A stretch of 64,000 bases of DNA from Flavobacteriales bacterium (GTDB lineage: Bacteria > Bacteroidota > Bacteroidia > Palsa-965). The DNA lies in contig JBEIPA010000002.1 of the NCBI GenBank assembly GCA_040377305.1, forward strand, positions 194,272 through 258,271. The letters are read 5' to 3'. Positions 9,548 through 19,231 of the stretch are shown here, in pieces. Both the position numbers and the translations under genes were made by a program. The first letter of the stretch is position 1; the number at the start of each line of letters is the position of its first letter. The notes beneath the pieces were generated by a model that saw nothing but the letters and a program-made list of their open reading frames with translations, was not told where the DNA came from and made no database searches.

Positions 9548-10782
9548 CAGAATGTAACGTCGAGCGTAAGAATTTCTGTACCGCGCTGAACCTTCACGGT
9601 CGTTTTATCGCCTTTGGTAAATTTCGTGAGTTGTCCCATGTAGTCTGTCATGGAATTAATTGCAACTCCGCCAAGTTCAATGATGATGTCTCCTTGCTTG
9701 ATTCCCGCACCGAATGCAGGTTTACCTTCAGTGACACCATCCACACGCAATCCTTTTCCTTCGAATGCGTAGTCAGGCATAATCCCCAGTGTAACCTTGA
9801 ACTTGGTTTTACCCATGTCCGGATTTTTCGTGGTGAGAAATTGCAACTTCGGTAGTTCTTCTGTTTTACCGATGATGTTAATCATGTATTCTAAGACCAT
9901 CTTTTCGCCCTCGTAGTTCACTTTATCCGCATCATCAGTTGGTTTGTGATAATCCGCATGCTGACCAGTGAAAAAATGGAGAACCGGAATGTTCTTAAGA
10001 TAAAACGAAGTCTGATCAGAAGGTCCAACTCCTGAACTATCCTGTTTGATGCGGAACACCGTACGGAAGCTGCTGATCATCGGAACCCAATCGGGTGCAG
10101 TTCCAACACCGTAAATGATGAGCTGCTTTGTTGAATCATTCAGGCGACCGATCATATCCATGTTGAGCATGTAATTCACTTTCGTGAGATCGATCGTTGG
10201 ATTTTCACAGAAACGTTTTGAACCGATCAATCCGAGTTCTTCTCCCGAAAAACAGATGAAGAGGAAATTGAATTTCTCCTTTGTTCCGTTCGAAGCATAA
10301 TAGCGCGCTAGTTCCAGTACACCTGACGTGCCAGAAGCATTGTCATCGGCACCGTTGTGAACTTTTCCATCCGGATTTGCATCCAGGGAATTGTGATCGT
10401 GTCCTTGTCCGAGGTGATCGTAGTGCGCTCCGATAATTACGGTGTATTCCGAACCATTGTCGAGGTATCCGATCACGTTTTTCCCTTTGCGTGATTTCAT
10501 ATTCGCGGAAGAAGTGTCGTGGGGATTCGGATTAAACTTAAAGTCGAATGATTGGTAATAACCATCCGTTCCCTTCGGAGCGAGTCCGGCTTTCTCGAAC
10601 TCCTTCGCGATATACGATGCCGCTTTCTTCTCGCCTTTTGTTGACGTGCCGCGACCTTTCAACTTATCTGAAGCGAGGTACGTAACGTCCTTCTTGATTC
10701 GGTCGACCGAAATTTCTGCCGTTTGAGCGAAAGTGGAAAGGGAGAAAAAGGAAAATGCGAGAACGGAAAGTGTGCGAAGCAT
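9547..10782 (-). CDS. M28 family aminopeptidase with C-terminal PDZ domain
   Basis: GAHYDHLG, NGADDNASG, GEELGLIGS, SDQTSF and YHKPTD motifs; PDZ LGIMPDY. ATG 10782 is preferred (signal peptide; -7 box at 10802-10809). Confidence 0.9.
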   Translation of the reverse strand: MLRTLSVLAFSFFSLSTFAQTAEISVDRIKKDVTYLASDKLKGRGTSTKGEKKAASYIAKEFEKAGLAPKGTDGYYQSFDFKFNPNPHDTSSANMKSRKGKNVIGYLDNGSEYTVIIGAHYDHLGQGHDHNSLDANPDGKVHNGADDNASGTSGVLELARYYASNGTKEKFNFLFICFSGEELGLIGSKRFCENPTIDLTKVNYMLNMDMIGRLNDSTKQLIIYGVGTAPDWVPMISSFRTVFRIKQDSSGVGPSDQTSFYLKNIPVLHFFTGQHADYHKPTDDADKVNYEGEKMVLEYMINIIGKTEELPKLQFLTTKNPDMGKTKFKVTLGIMPDYAFEGKGLRVDGVTEGKPAFGAGIKQGDIIIELGGVAINSMTDYMGQLTKFTKGDKTTVKVQRGTEILTLDVTF

Positions 10783-10930
10783 GAGCGTGTTTTTGCGTTG
10801 ACAAAGATAGGAAATCAATGCGCAGTGCTCAATAGACAATGCGCAATAGAACTATGTTTACTGCCGTTGTCAGCTCTCGGTACGTCTGGATTTAGGCAAA
10901 CTAGATTTTGGCGACTACTCGACCTGACAA

Positions 10931-12007
10931 CTATTCTACCCAATCAGCGACAAATACGTTTGTATCGTGTGTGCCGCCGTTCAGACGATTTGATGAGAAC
11001 GCGATTTTCTTTCCGTCGGGAGAAAACATCGGGAAAGAATTGAATACGCTTTCGTATGTGATCTGCTCAATGCCTGTACCGTCAAGGTTGACAGTAAAGA
11101 GTTGAAAGTTGAATCCTTTTTCTGCTTTGTGATTAGACGCGAAAATGATTTTCTTGCCTGATGGTGTGAAATACGGAGCCCAGTTTGCTTTACCGAGCGT
11201 TGTAATTTGCTTCATTTCTGTTCCGTCGGCATTGATGGTAAAAATTTCCATCGCTGAAGGAGCAACAAGATTCAGTGCGAGATAGTCTTTATACTCTTTG
11301 ATTTCGGCTTCTGTTTTCGGGCGTGATGCGCGGAAAACAATTTTAGTTCCATCGGAATTGAAGAATGCACCTCCGTCGTAACCAAGTTCATTTGTCAATT
11401 GCTTCGGTTCAGATCCGTCAATGTTCATGATCCACAAGTCGAGATCACCACCGCGCGTTGATGTGAACAGAATTTTGTCGCCTTTCGGAGAAACAACTGC
11501 CTCTGCATCGTATCCCGGAGAATTTGTGAGCTGCTTTGTGACGTTGCCTTTCAAATCGTACACGAAGATGTCGTACGTGTCGTAAATCGGCCAAAGGTAT
11601 TTTCCATTCTGACGGAGATCTCCGGTTGGAGGACAAGATTTACCACCCACGTGTGTCGATGCAAACAAGATGTGTTTGTTGTCGGGCATAAAGTAGGAAC
11701 ACGTTGTTCTTCCTTCTCCGTTGCTCATGCGAATCGCCTTGTAAGTTGAGTCTTTCACCTTCGCAATTTCCATCATATAGATTTGATCGCATGAGTTACC
11801 CCACTTTGCGTAGTCTGATTGAAACGTAAGCATCTTTCCGTTTGGCGACCAGTAAGCTTCTGCATTGTTGCCCCCGAACGTAAGTTGGCGTAAGTTCTTC
11901 AGGTGTTTTTCCTGTGGGCTATCGATTGACGGTTTTGGCGCTTTGCCAGCAGTGATGAATAAGGCACAAATAAGAGCAAAAGGGAGAATCACAGCGGATT
12001 TTTTCAT
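10931..12007 (-). CDS. TolB-like PD40-repeat beta-propeller protein
   Basis: Repeated (W/F/V)SPxG.kI.F.S motifs (AEAYWSPNG, AVVSPKGD, PMFSPDGKKIAFSS). Confidence 0.85.
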   Translation of the reverse strand: MKKSAVILPFALICALFITAGKAPKPSIDSPQEKHLKNLRQLTFGGNNAEAYWSPNGKMLTFQSDYAKWGNSCDQIYMMEIAKVKDSTYKAIRMSNGEGRTTCSYFMPDNKHILFASTHVGGKSCPPTGDLRQNGKYLWPIYDTYDIFVYDLKGNVTKQLTNSPGYDAEAVVSPKGDKILFTSTRGGDLDLWIMNIDGSEPKQLTNELGYDGGAFFNSDGTKIVFRASRPKTEAEIKEYKDYLALNLVAPSAMEIFTINADGTEMKQITTLGKANWAPYFTPSGKKIIFASNHKAEKGFNFQLFTVNLDGTGIEQITYESVFNSFPMFSPDGKKIAFSSNRLNGGTHDTNVFVADWVE

Positions 12008-12159
12008 TTCGCAAAATTAGAAATACACGAATCTTGCTGTGTCTGAGCAATGTCAACTCGTTAAGTGAAAGCCGCTAAGAGCCAGAACTTTAACAATTTG
12101 GAGAGTTGTTCCGCACTGGTAATGAGTACCTTTGCACCCTAACAAATTTTGACTTATAA

Positions 12160-15100
12160 ATGAGAACAAATCTACTAGTAACCCTTGCCTTAGTGTTGTC
12201 AGCATGTTCGCTAACTGCACAAAGCAAACAAGCAGCGCAGGCCATGGAGCAGCGCTCCACAAATTTTGTACAGGCGCCGCTTTCAGGTCCTACAATCCAA
12301 TCGCTTCAGCCACCAGTTAGCACTCAGGCTGTATCCGGCTATATTCAGGAAGGTTTTGAAAACGTAATCTTTCCTCCGGCTGGCTGGCAGGTGAGAAATG
12401 TTAATGGTCCTACTTATACCTGGGCTCGTTCAACAGCACAAGCTCACTTAAGTACTGCATCGGCGTTCATTCGTTATGATGCAGTTGCAGGTGGTGGACT
12501 TGATTGGTTAATTGCACCGCATTACACTGTAACAGCAGCAACAGATTCCGTTGTATTCTGGATGCGCCTTGCATTCGCAGGCTACCAACCGGATTCTTTG
12601 GCAATCAAAGTTTCTACGACAGATTCTTTGCTTACTTCTTTCACTACAACCTTGTTGTTACTGCGTGAAGGAACGAACTACCCGCCAAATAATACAACGT
12701 GGTATCGTTATGCAGTAAGCCTTCAGAACTATGTTGGTCAAAACATCTATGTGGCCTTCAAACATTACAATGTTGACGGCGACGGCTTGTACATTGACGA
12801 TGTATCAATGGGCACACGTCCTGCGAATGAAGTCTCAACAACTGCGATGATTTCTCCGACGACTACGGTTGCTCCCGGAGCAGTTACTCCACAGGGAACT
12901 TTCTTTAATGCGGGAACAGCAGCGCAAACATTCAACGTAACCACCACGATTAATCCAGGGGGTTACACTTCAACAACTTCCGTTTCACTAGCATCAGGCG
13001 CGAGCAGCAATGCAAGCTTCACTGTATGGAATGCGACTGCTGGCACGTACACAGTAAAGATGTTTACAGAATTGCCTGGTGATGCGAACGTACTCAATGA
13101 TACCATTACGCGAACAGTATTTGTTCCTGTAGGTTTCGAGCAGTACGGATGGAGCAACTCAACTGCAATTCCTGCAGGTCGTTGGGCAACTGCACCGGTA
13201 TTTGTTAATCCTTGTAACTCTTTAACAGACACAGGATTCATTTATCTGATTTCGGGTGCAGATGCTGCGTTTGCAAACACAACTTTGAACACACGCTACA
13301 ATGTTACTACAGGCGTGTACACTGCAAGGGCTCCGATTCCACAGTCTCGCACACAAGTGACGCCGCTACATGTTAATGGTAAAATATATGTGATTGGTGG
13401 TTATGGCGGAAGTTTTAGTCCGGTAACCACAAACAGCATCTATGATATTGCAACAGACTCATGGACAACTGGAGCTACAATTCCAACTGCAGTAGGTGAC
13501 TATGCAGCAAGCGTATACAACGATTCTTTGATCTACATTGTTGGTGGCTATACCGGAAGCGGTGACGTGAACACTGTTCAGATTTACGATACATATCTGA
13601 ATACATGGACAACAGGAACCCCTAAAACAGGAACTGCAGTTGCAGGTTGCCGTATGGGAATTGTTGGAAACCAGATTGTATTTGTTGGTGGATACTCACA
13701 AACTCTTGCAGCTACACAATCACAGGCACAGCTTGGTGTAATCAATGTTGCTACTCCTACAACAATTACGTGGTCTACACTCCCGAACTATCCTGCAGGA
13801 ACAACGGGCCGTCACGGTGCCGGAGTTTCATTAGAGAATAACGGACTTGTTTACTTCGCGGGCGGAGATCCAAACGGCCAAGGGACAACAACTATCAACG
13901 CTGTTTACGCTTACAACACTATTTTGTCTCAGTGGGAAATTGGTCCACAGATGCTGCAGGGTGTGAGTAATATTTCTGGTCTTGCTGGTGCAGTTCGTAA
14001 CGATTCACTCTTCATTGTTACAATGGGTGGTTATAACGGAACAGCTGTTACATCAAACAATGCATGGCTGAACATCGGCGCAGCAATGGCTCCTTATGCA
14101 CAAGTGAGTGCTGCTGTTTGCGCGGGTAACTCGGTTATGATTCACGGTTACGATGCATTGTCGTATTCATGGACTCCAGCAGCTACATTGAGCAATCCGA
14201 ACGTAGACATGCCAATGGCATCTCCACTGGCTACTACAACGTACACCGTTTCAATGGGTGTGGGTTACGGATGTCCGATTGTAGACTCTACAGTAGTAAC
14301 GGTAAATGCTCTTCCGACAGTTACAGCGAATACAACTTCACCTGCGATATGTGCAGGCGATAACGTAACGCTTAGTGGCGGTGGTGCTGCAACGTACGTG
14401 TGGACGGGCGTTGTAACAGACAACGTTCCATTTACTCCGGCTTCAACTGACTCATATACAGTTACAGGAACAGATGTAAACGGTTGTACTAACACAGCAT
14501 CAGTAACAGTAACAGTAAACGCGCTTCCTACAGTTACAGCAAGCAGCACTGCGAGCACAGTTTGTTCAGGTGATGCAGTTACTGTAAACGGTGGCGGTGC
14601 TTCGTCTTATGTATGGACTGGTGGCGTTATGGATAACGTTGCATTCAATCCAACTGCAACAGACACGTACACAGTAACAGGAACTGATGCGAACGGTTGT
14701 TCAAATACAGCGAACGTTACAGTTACTGTAAACAACCTGCCTACAGTTACAGCGAACACATCTGCTGCTGCGGTATGCGATGGATCGCCCGTAACACTTA
14801 GTGGTGGCGGTGCAACATCGTACACATGGACTGGACTTGTAACAGATAACGTTGCGTTCACTCCGGTAGCGACAGACACTTATACTGTAACAGGAACAGA
14901 CGCTAACGGATGTTCTAACACTGCTTCGGTAAGTGTTACAGTTAACGCATTGCCGACAGTTACAGTTACTTTACCGATGGACACAGCATGTCAGACAGCA
15001 GGAATCATCACACTTGGCGGAGAATCTCCTGCAGGTGGAACATGGAGCGGACCTGGTGTAACCGGATCTAACTTCGACCCAACGACATCTGGCCTCGGCA

Positions 15101-15444
15101 CAATCGGCATTGACTACACTTATGTTGATGCGAATGGTTGCAGCGCAATGGCAACAGATTCAATCTGGGTTGGTTTGTGCACAGACATTGTGAATGCAGC
15201 AAACAACAATGGTGTTGCTGTTTATCCTAACCCGAACAACGGACAATTCAACCTTGTTCTTGGAGGTATGCCATCTGCACCAGTTCAGGTAGAAATCATG
15301 AATGAGCTTGGTCAGGTAGTGAATACATTCACAATGACTGGAACTCAACTTGAAGTGAACATGAATGCATTCGAAAGCGGAGTTTACTTCGTTCGTATCA
15401 CTAATGTTGATGTAGTTAACGTAACACGTTTCGTGAAGCAGTAA
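12160..15444 (+). CDS. T9SS-secreted adhesin-like protein: cleaved-adhesin/choice-of-anchor-J domain, Kelch propeller, Ig-like repeats, CTD
   Basis: EGFE..FPPAGW, DWLIAP and IYVAFKH..YIDDV (cleaved adhesin); IYVIGG/IYIVGG Kelch motifs; VYPNPNNGQF...GVYFVRI...RFVKQ CTD; -7 box TACCTTTG at 12127-12134. Confidence 0.88.
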   Translation: MRTNLLVTLALVLSACSLTAQSKQAAQAMEQRSTNFVQAPLSGPTIQSLQPPVSTQAVSGYIQEGFENVIFPPAGWQVRNVNGPTYTWARSTAQAHLSTASAFIRYDAVAGGGLDWLIAPHYTVTAATDSVVFWMRLAFAGYQPDSLAIKVSTTDSLLTSFTTTLLLLREGTNYPPNNTTWYRYAVSLQNYVGQNIYVAFKHYNVDGDGLYIDDVSMGTRPANEVSTTAMISPTTTVAPGAVTPQGTFFNAGTAAQTFNVTTTINPGGYTSTTSVSLASGASSNASFTVWNATAGTYTVKMFTELPGDANVLNDTITRTVFVPVGFEQYGWSNSTAIPAGRWATAPVFVNPCNSLTDTGFIYLISGADAAFANTTLNTRYNVTTGVYTARAPIPQSRTQVTPLHVNGKIYVIGGYGGSFSPVTTNSIYDIATDSWTTGATIPTAVGDYAASVYNDSLIYIVGGYTGSGDVNTVQIYDTYLNTWTTGTPKTGTAVAGCRMGIVGNQIVFVGGYSQTLAATQSQAQLGVINVATPTTITWSTLPNYPAGTTGRHGAGVSLENNGLVYFAGGDPNGQGTTTINAVYAYNTILSQWEIGPQMLQGVSNISGLAGAVRNDSLFIVTMGGYNGTAVTSNNAWLNIGAAMAPYAQVSAAVCAGNSVMIHGYDALSYSWTPAATLSNPNVDMPMASPLATTTYTVSMGVGYGCPIVDSTVVTVNALPTVTANTTSPAICAGDNVTLSGGGAATYVWTGVVTDNVPFTPASTDSYTVTGTDVNGCTNTASVTVTVNALPTVTASSTASTVCSGDAVTVNGGGASSYVWTGGVMDNVAFNPTATDTYTVTGTDANGCSNTANVTVTVNNLPTVTANTSAAAVCDGSPVTLSGGGATSYTWTGLVTDNVAFTPVATDTYTVTGTDANGCSNTASVSVTVNALPTVTVTLPMDTACQTAGIITLGGESPAGGTWSGPGVTGSNFDPTTSGLGTIGIDYTYVDANGCSAMATDSIWVGLCTDIVNAANNNGVAVYPNPNNGQFNLVLGGMPSAPVQVEIMNELGQVVNTFTMTGTQLEVNMNAFESGVYFVRITNVDVVNVTRFVKQ
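14305..14943 (+). repeat. Three tandem 213-bp (71-aa) Ig-like repeats within the adhesin
   Basis: N(A/N)LPTVT recurs at 14305, 14518, 14731 and 14944; each unit has C..G..VT.SGGGA..Y.W and YTVTGTD.NGC. Confidence 0.9.
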
Positions 15445-15455
15445 GTTTCCCGGAA

Positions 15456-15497
15456 TAAAAAAAGCCGTACCGATGAAAATCAGTACGGCTTTTTTAT
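15456..15497. terminator. Bidirectional intrinsic terminator
   Basis: AAAAAAAGCCGTAC..GTACGGCTTTTTT between convergent genes. Confidence 0.85.
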
Positions 15498-15506
15498 TTG
15501 TGCCCG

Positions 15507-15842
15507 TTATTGTTCCCGGTATCCTCCGGCATGAATGCTGAACTTGAAGGAATACCGGGTGAGGAAATGATTTTCCATGCGGCAGAACACGGCGCTTTCT
15601 TTGAAAGGGATTCCCGAATAACCTGATACCTTCCTGTATGGAGCTACGGGAGTATGAAGTCCCGGCAATGCGAATTCAAAAATGCCTTTCCTAAAGCCCG
15701 GATAGAATGAAGGAATCCGGTACTGATTGTAGGTGCTGAAAAAATCCAACTGCTGCACACGCAATTTTGCTACAGTGGGTTCGCACGCAAAACAATACTG
15801 CGTACAACATATCATAAGAACGGCTACCACAATTTTGCGCAT
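15507..15842 (-). CDS. Hypothetical secreted protein
   Basis: Signal-peptide-like N-terminus; co-oriented just downstream of the GT2 gene. Confidence 0.6.
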   Translation of the reverse strand: MRKIVVAVLMICCTQYCFACEPTVAKLRVQQLDFFSTYNQYRIPSFYPGFRKGIFEFALPGLHTPVAPYRKVSGYSGIPFKESAVFCRMENHFLTRYSFKFSIHAGGYREQ

Positions 15843-15874
15843 AGTTCAATTACGAGATTGCCGAAAGAAAAGTT

Positions 15875-16600
15875 CTACTTCTTCGGCTCGATTTTCTTGA
15901 AGCGCATTTGCAAAACGCCTAAGAATGCTTCCTTGAAAATTTTCGAGCTCATTTTTGAAACACCTTCCACGCGATCGATGAAAGTAATGGGAACTTCTTT
16001 GATCTTAAATCCAAGTCGATGTGCCGTGTACTTCATCTCAATCTGAAATGCATAACCCACAAAGCGGATTGCATCGAGATTAATTGTGTCCAGCACATTT
16101 CGCTTGTAACACTTGAATCCCGCTGTAGTGTCTTTCACATTCATCCACAACACGATTCGCACGTACACAGAAGCGAAGTAAGACATCATGAGTCGCCCCA
16201 TTGGCCAATTCATCACTTTCCCACCTTTCACGTAGCGTGAGCCAACAGCGACATCAGCACCTTCACTTGCGCATGCATTGTGCAAGCGGATCAGATCATC
16301 CGGGTTATGCGAGAAGTCGCAATCCATTTCGAAAATGTAATTGTAATTTCTGGCGAGTGCCCATTTGAACCCGTGAATGTAAGCCGTGCCCAGTCCGAGC
16401 TTGCCTTTGCGCTCTTCCATGAACAAGCGATCGGGGAATTCTGTCATCAAACGACGCACAATTTCCGCAGTTCCATCTGGAGATCCGTCGTCCACAATGA
16501 GCAAATGGAAGTCTCCCTGGAGAGACATCACTTTTCTCACCATCTTCTCGATGTTCTCTTTTTCGTTGAACGTTGGAACGATGACTACTTTTTCAGGCAA
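15875..16600 (-). CDS. Polyprenol monophosphomannose synthase (GT2, Dpm1-like)
   Basis: VPTFNEKENI, VDDGSPDGT, KLGLGTAY, EMDCDFSH and GYAFQIEMK motifs. Confidence 0.9.
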   Translation of the reverse strand: MPEKVVIVPTFNEKENIEKMVRKVMSLQGDFHLLIVDDGSPDGTAEIVRRLMTEFPDRLFMEERKGKLGLGTAYIHGFKWALARNYNYIFEMDCDFSHNPDDLIRLHNACASEGADVAVGSRYVKGGKVMNWPMGRLMMSYFASVYVRIVLWMNVKDTTAGFKCYKRNVLDTINLDAIRFVGYAFQIEMKYTAHRLGFKIKEVPITFIDRVEGVSKMSSKIFKEAFLGVLQMRFKKIEPKK

Positions 16601-16728
16601 TTTGGGCGCTTATTGAGCCAACGAAGATAGCAGTGTGGTGTATATCCTCCAATTGGACTTTGGTTATTTTGGCATAATATCTGACTGTATAATGATCGAA
16701 CAGTGAAAAAGATTCATTAAATTACAGT

Positions 16729-17241
16729 ATGCGAAAAACGATAGTCATTATCACCATTTTCGCTGCCAGCACAACCCTCTGGTCGCAGATTACCGATTCT
16801 ACCAAATCGCCTGCGATCGTGACACCAGTTGATTCTGTGTTTGTAGTTGCCGATACCGCAAGCAATCTTCCTGTGGTTCCGGATTACACACTGTATTGCG
16901 ATAGCGGTGTTGCAAGCTGGTACGGTCCTGCCTGGAAAGGAAGACTTACAGCGAGTGGTGAGTACTTTGACCCGGACAGCATGACGGCTGCACACAAGTG
17001 GCTGCCCTTTGGAACCATTGTGCGTGTTACGAATCTGACCAATGATTCTGTAGTGTACGTTCGTATTACCGATCGCCTTCCAAAATCTTCAACACGTTCT
17101 ATTGATCTCACGCCAACAGCTGCAAAACGACTTGGGTTTTATTCAAAGGGATTGCAGAAAGTGAAAATGGAAACGTGCGGAATGATACGTGTGAAAAGAA
17201 AAACGACAAGCGTCGGACCGGGTCACTTTTCCTCCAGGTGA
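16729..17241 (+). CDS. rlpA: Septal ring lytic transglycosylase RlpA family protein
   Basis: GVASWYG, TASGE, TAAHKWLPFGT and VRITDR..IDL DPBB motifs. Confidence 0.85.
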   Translation: MRKTIVIITIFAASTTLWSQITDSTKSPAIVTPVDSVFVVADTASNLPVVPDYTLYCDSGVASWYGPAWKGRLTASGEYFDPDSMTAAHKWLPFGTIVRVTNLTNDSVVYVRITDRLPKSSTRSIDLTPTAAKRLGFYSKGLQKVKMETCGMIRVKRKTTSVGPGHFSSR

Positions 17242-17255
17242 CGGAATAGATCATC

Positions 17256-19229
17256 TTACTGAATTCTGAACCCAATGATGCAGATATCATCTACCTGCTC
17301 TAACGTTCCGCGCCATGCTTCATGCGTTTCAGAGAGCACGTTGTGCATCTTTGATAAAGGCAAGTTTACGTTTGATTCAAGCAATGTATACAGTTGTTTA
17401 TACTTAAACTTCTTCCCCTTCGGACCACCAAACTGATCAGCGTAACCATCGGTGAAAATGAAAATGGTGTCTCCTTTTGTAAATTCGAGATCGTGTGTTG
17501 TGAATGGTTCTGATCGGCCCGCTCCTGCTCCCACCGGCATTTTGTCTGCCTTCAGCTCGTGTAGAATTCCGTCTCTAACGATTACCGGATTATTATTGGC
17601 AGCAGCATAGGTGATTTTTCCTTGTGTAAACCGCAACAAGATTCCATCCATTCCATCCTGCGCACCTTCTTTCGAAACCGAATTTATCAAACGGTCCCGA
17701 ACGTAATCCAGAATTTCGCCGGGCTTTCGGATACCTTTCTCGGTAATTGCTTCATTGAGAAAAGATGTATTCAGCAGGCTCATGAACGCACCCGGTACGC
17801 CGTGTCCCGTTGAATCGCAAGATGCCAGATAAAAGTCCTGTTCAATGGACGTGGCCCAATAGAAATCGCCGCTCACTATATCCTTCGGCTTGAAATAGAC
17901 AAAATGCTCCGGTAGTTCCTTATTCAACAATTCATCATTCGCAAGCAGCGTGTATTGAATCCGTTTTGCATAAGTGATGGAATCGAAAACCTCTTTGTTC
18001 CTTACTTCGAGCTGAGCCTTTTGTCTGGAGATCTCCTGATTTGCTCTTTGCTTCTGCCGATACGCATACAGGAAGTACACGCCTCCCGCAAGTGCGAGAA
18101 CGAGGCAGCCAACTACTGAATAATTCAGGAGGTCTTTGCGACGAATGCTCTCGGCCTGAATGTCGTTTGCATTCTTCAGCAGTTCATTTTCGCGCTGCTT
18201 CTGAGAAGATTCAAATTTTTCCTGCAACTCCAGTATTTCACTCGACTTTTCATCATTGAAAATAGAGTCGCGATAAACAGTGTACATCTGAAACATGTCG
18301 TATGCGTTCTTATAATCTCCTTTCATCTTGTATACATCAGAAAGCGTATAATACACTTCACGAAGCAAGAATTTGTTTCGCATGGCGTTCGCAAGTGCAA
18401 GCGCAATGTTGAGGTTATCAATTCCCTTTTCGAAATCACCGAGCATAGCATACGACTCACCAATGTTTGCATACGAAGAAATCAATCCCTTGCGATCGTT
18501 GAGCGAATCTTTAATTGCTTTGCTTCTTTCGAACCATTGAATGGCATTGGTATAATCTTTTTCATCAAAGTAGATTGTCCCCATGTTGTTATACCCATAA
18601 GACAAAATACGCGGGTCGGTAGTATCCGTTACTGCCTCGATGGACTTGAGTGCATAATATCGCGCACTATCATACTGTGCTTCATTAGAAAATATCGTGC
18701 TTAAGTTGAGATATGTGCTGGGCAACTGCTTGTCGTGATTCTTCTGACGAATAACCAGTGCTTTCCGGTAGTACTCCTTTGCGCGCTCACCTTGATTGTC
18801 TTGTTGGGTATAGATGCGTCCGATATTGGTATAACACGAAGCTTGTTGAAACTCATCACCAATAATCAATGCCAGATCAAGTGCACGCGTTTGACATTCC
18901 AGTGCGGATGCGTATTCTGCAAGATGAAACAAGGCTATTCCCTTTGCAACGTTGCTCTCAATAGTCAGGGCGGTGTCGTTTAATCGGGTTGCAATCTTCG
19001 TTGCTGAATCAGCATAGGCAATTGCATCGAACGGTTTACTCTCGTTCAGGCGCGAGGCCAGTTGACGGTAGATTCGGCCCTTTGTACTATCATCCTTAGT
19101 GGTGATCAGTAAATTCTTTAGCGAATCAACTTTCGATTTCTTCGCTTGTGAATTACTTTCAAAAGGGAACGCACACAGAAGCGAAACCGAAAATAACAGC
19201 TTTGTTATGCTCAACGACAAATTCCTCAT
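17256..19229 (-). CDS. TPR-repeat membrane sensor with SpoIIE/PP2C phosphatase domain
   Basis: TPR helices, one TM, then PKDIVSGDFYW, DSTGHGVPGA, DGMD, FTDGYADQFGG and QVDDIC. Confidence 0.9.
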   Translation of the reverse strand: MRNLSLSITKLLFSVSLLCAFPFESNSQAKKSKVDSLKNLLITTKDDSTKGRIYRQLASRLNESKPFDAIAYADSATKIATRLNDTALTIESNVAKGIALFHLAEYASALECQTRALDLALIIGDEFQQASCYTNIGRIYTQQDNQGERAKEYYRKALVIRQKNHDKQLPSTYLNLSTIFSNEAQYDSARYYALKSIEAVTDTTDPRILSYGYNNMGTIYFDEKDYTNAIQWFERSKAIKDSLNDRKGLISSYANIGESYAMLGDFEKGIDNLNIALALANAMRNKFLLREVYYTLSDVYKMKGDYKNAYDMFQMYTVYRDSIFNDEKSSEILELQEKFESSQKQRENELLKNANDIQAESIRRKDLLNYSVVGCLVLALAGGVYFLYAYRQKQRANQEISRQKAQLEVRNKEVFDSITYAKRIQYTLLANDELLNKELPEHFVYFKPKDIVSGDFYWATSIEQDFYLASCDSTGHGVPGAFMSLLNTSFLNEAITEKGIRKPGEILDYVRDRLINSVSKEGAQDGMDGILLRFTQGKITYAAANNNPVIVRDGILHELKADKMPVGAGAGRSEPFTTHDLEFTKGDTIFIFTDGYADQFGGPKGKKFKYKQLYTLLESNVNLPLSKMHNVLSETHEAWRGTLEQVDDICIIGFRIQ

Positions 19230-19231
19230 AC

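Noticed and set aside
14305-14943. Regular repeats as a possible CRISPR array or DGR template/variable pair
   Set aside because: They are in-frame 213-bp coding repeats without unique spacers. Differences are not adenine-specific, and there is no cas or reverse transcriptase gene in the window.
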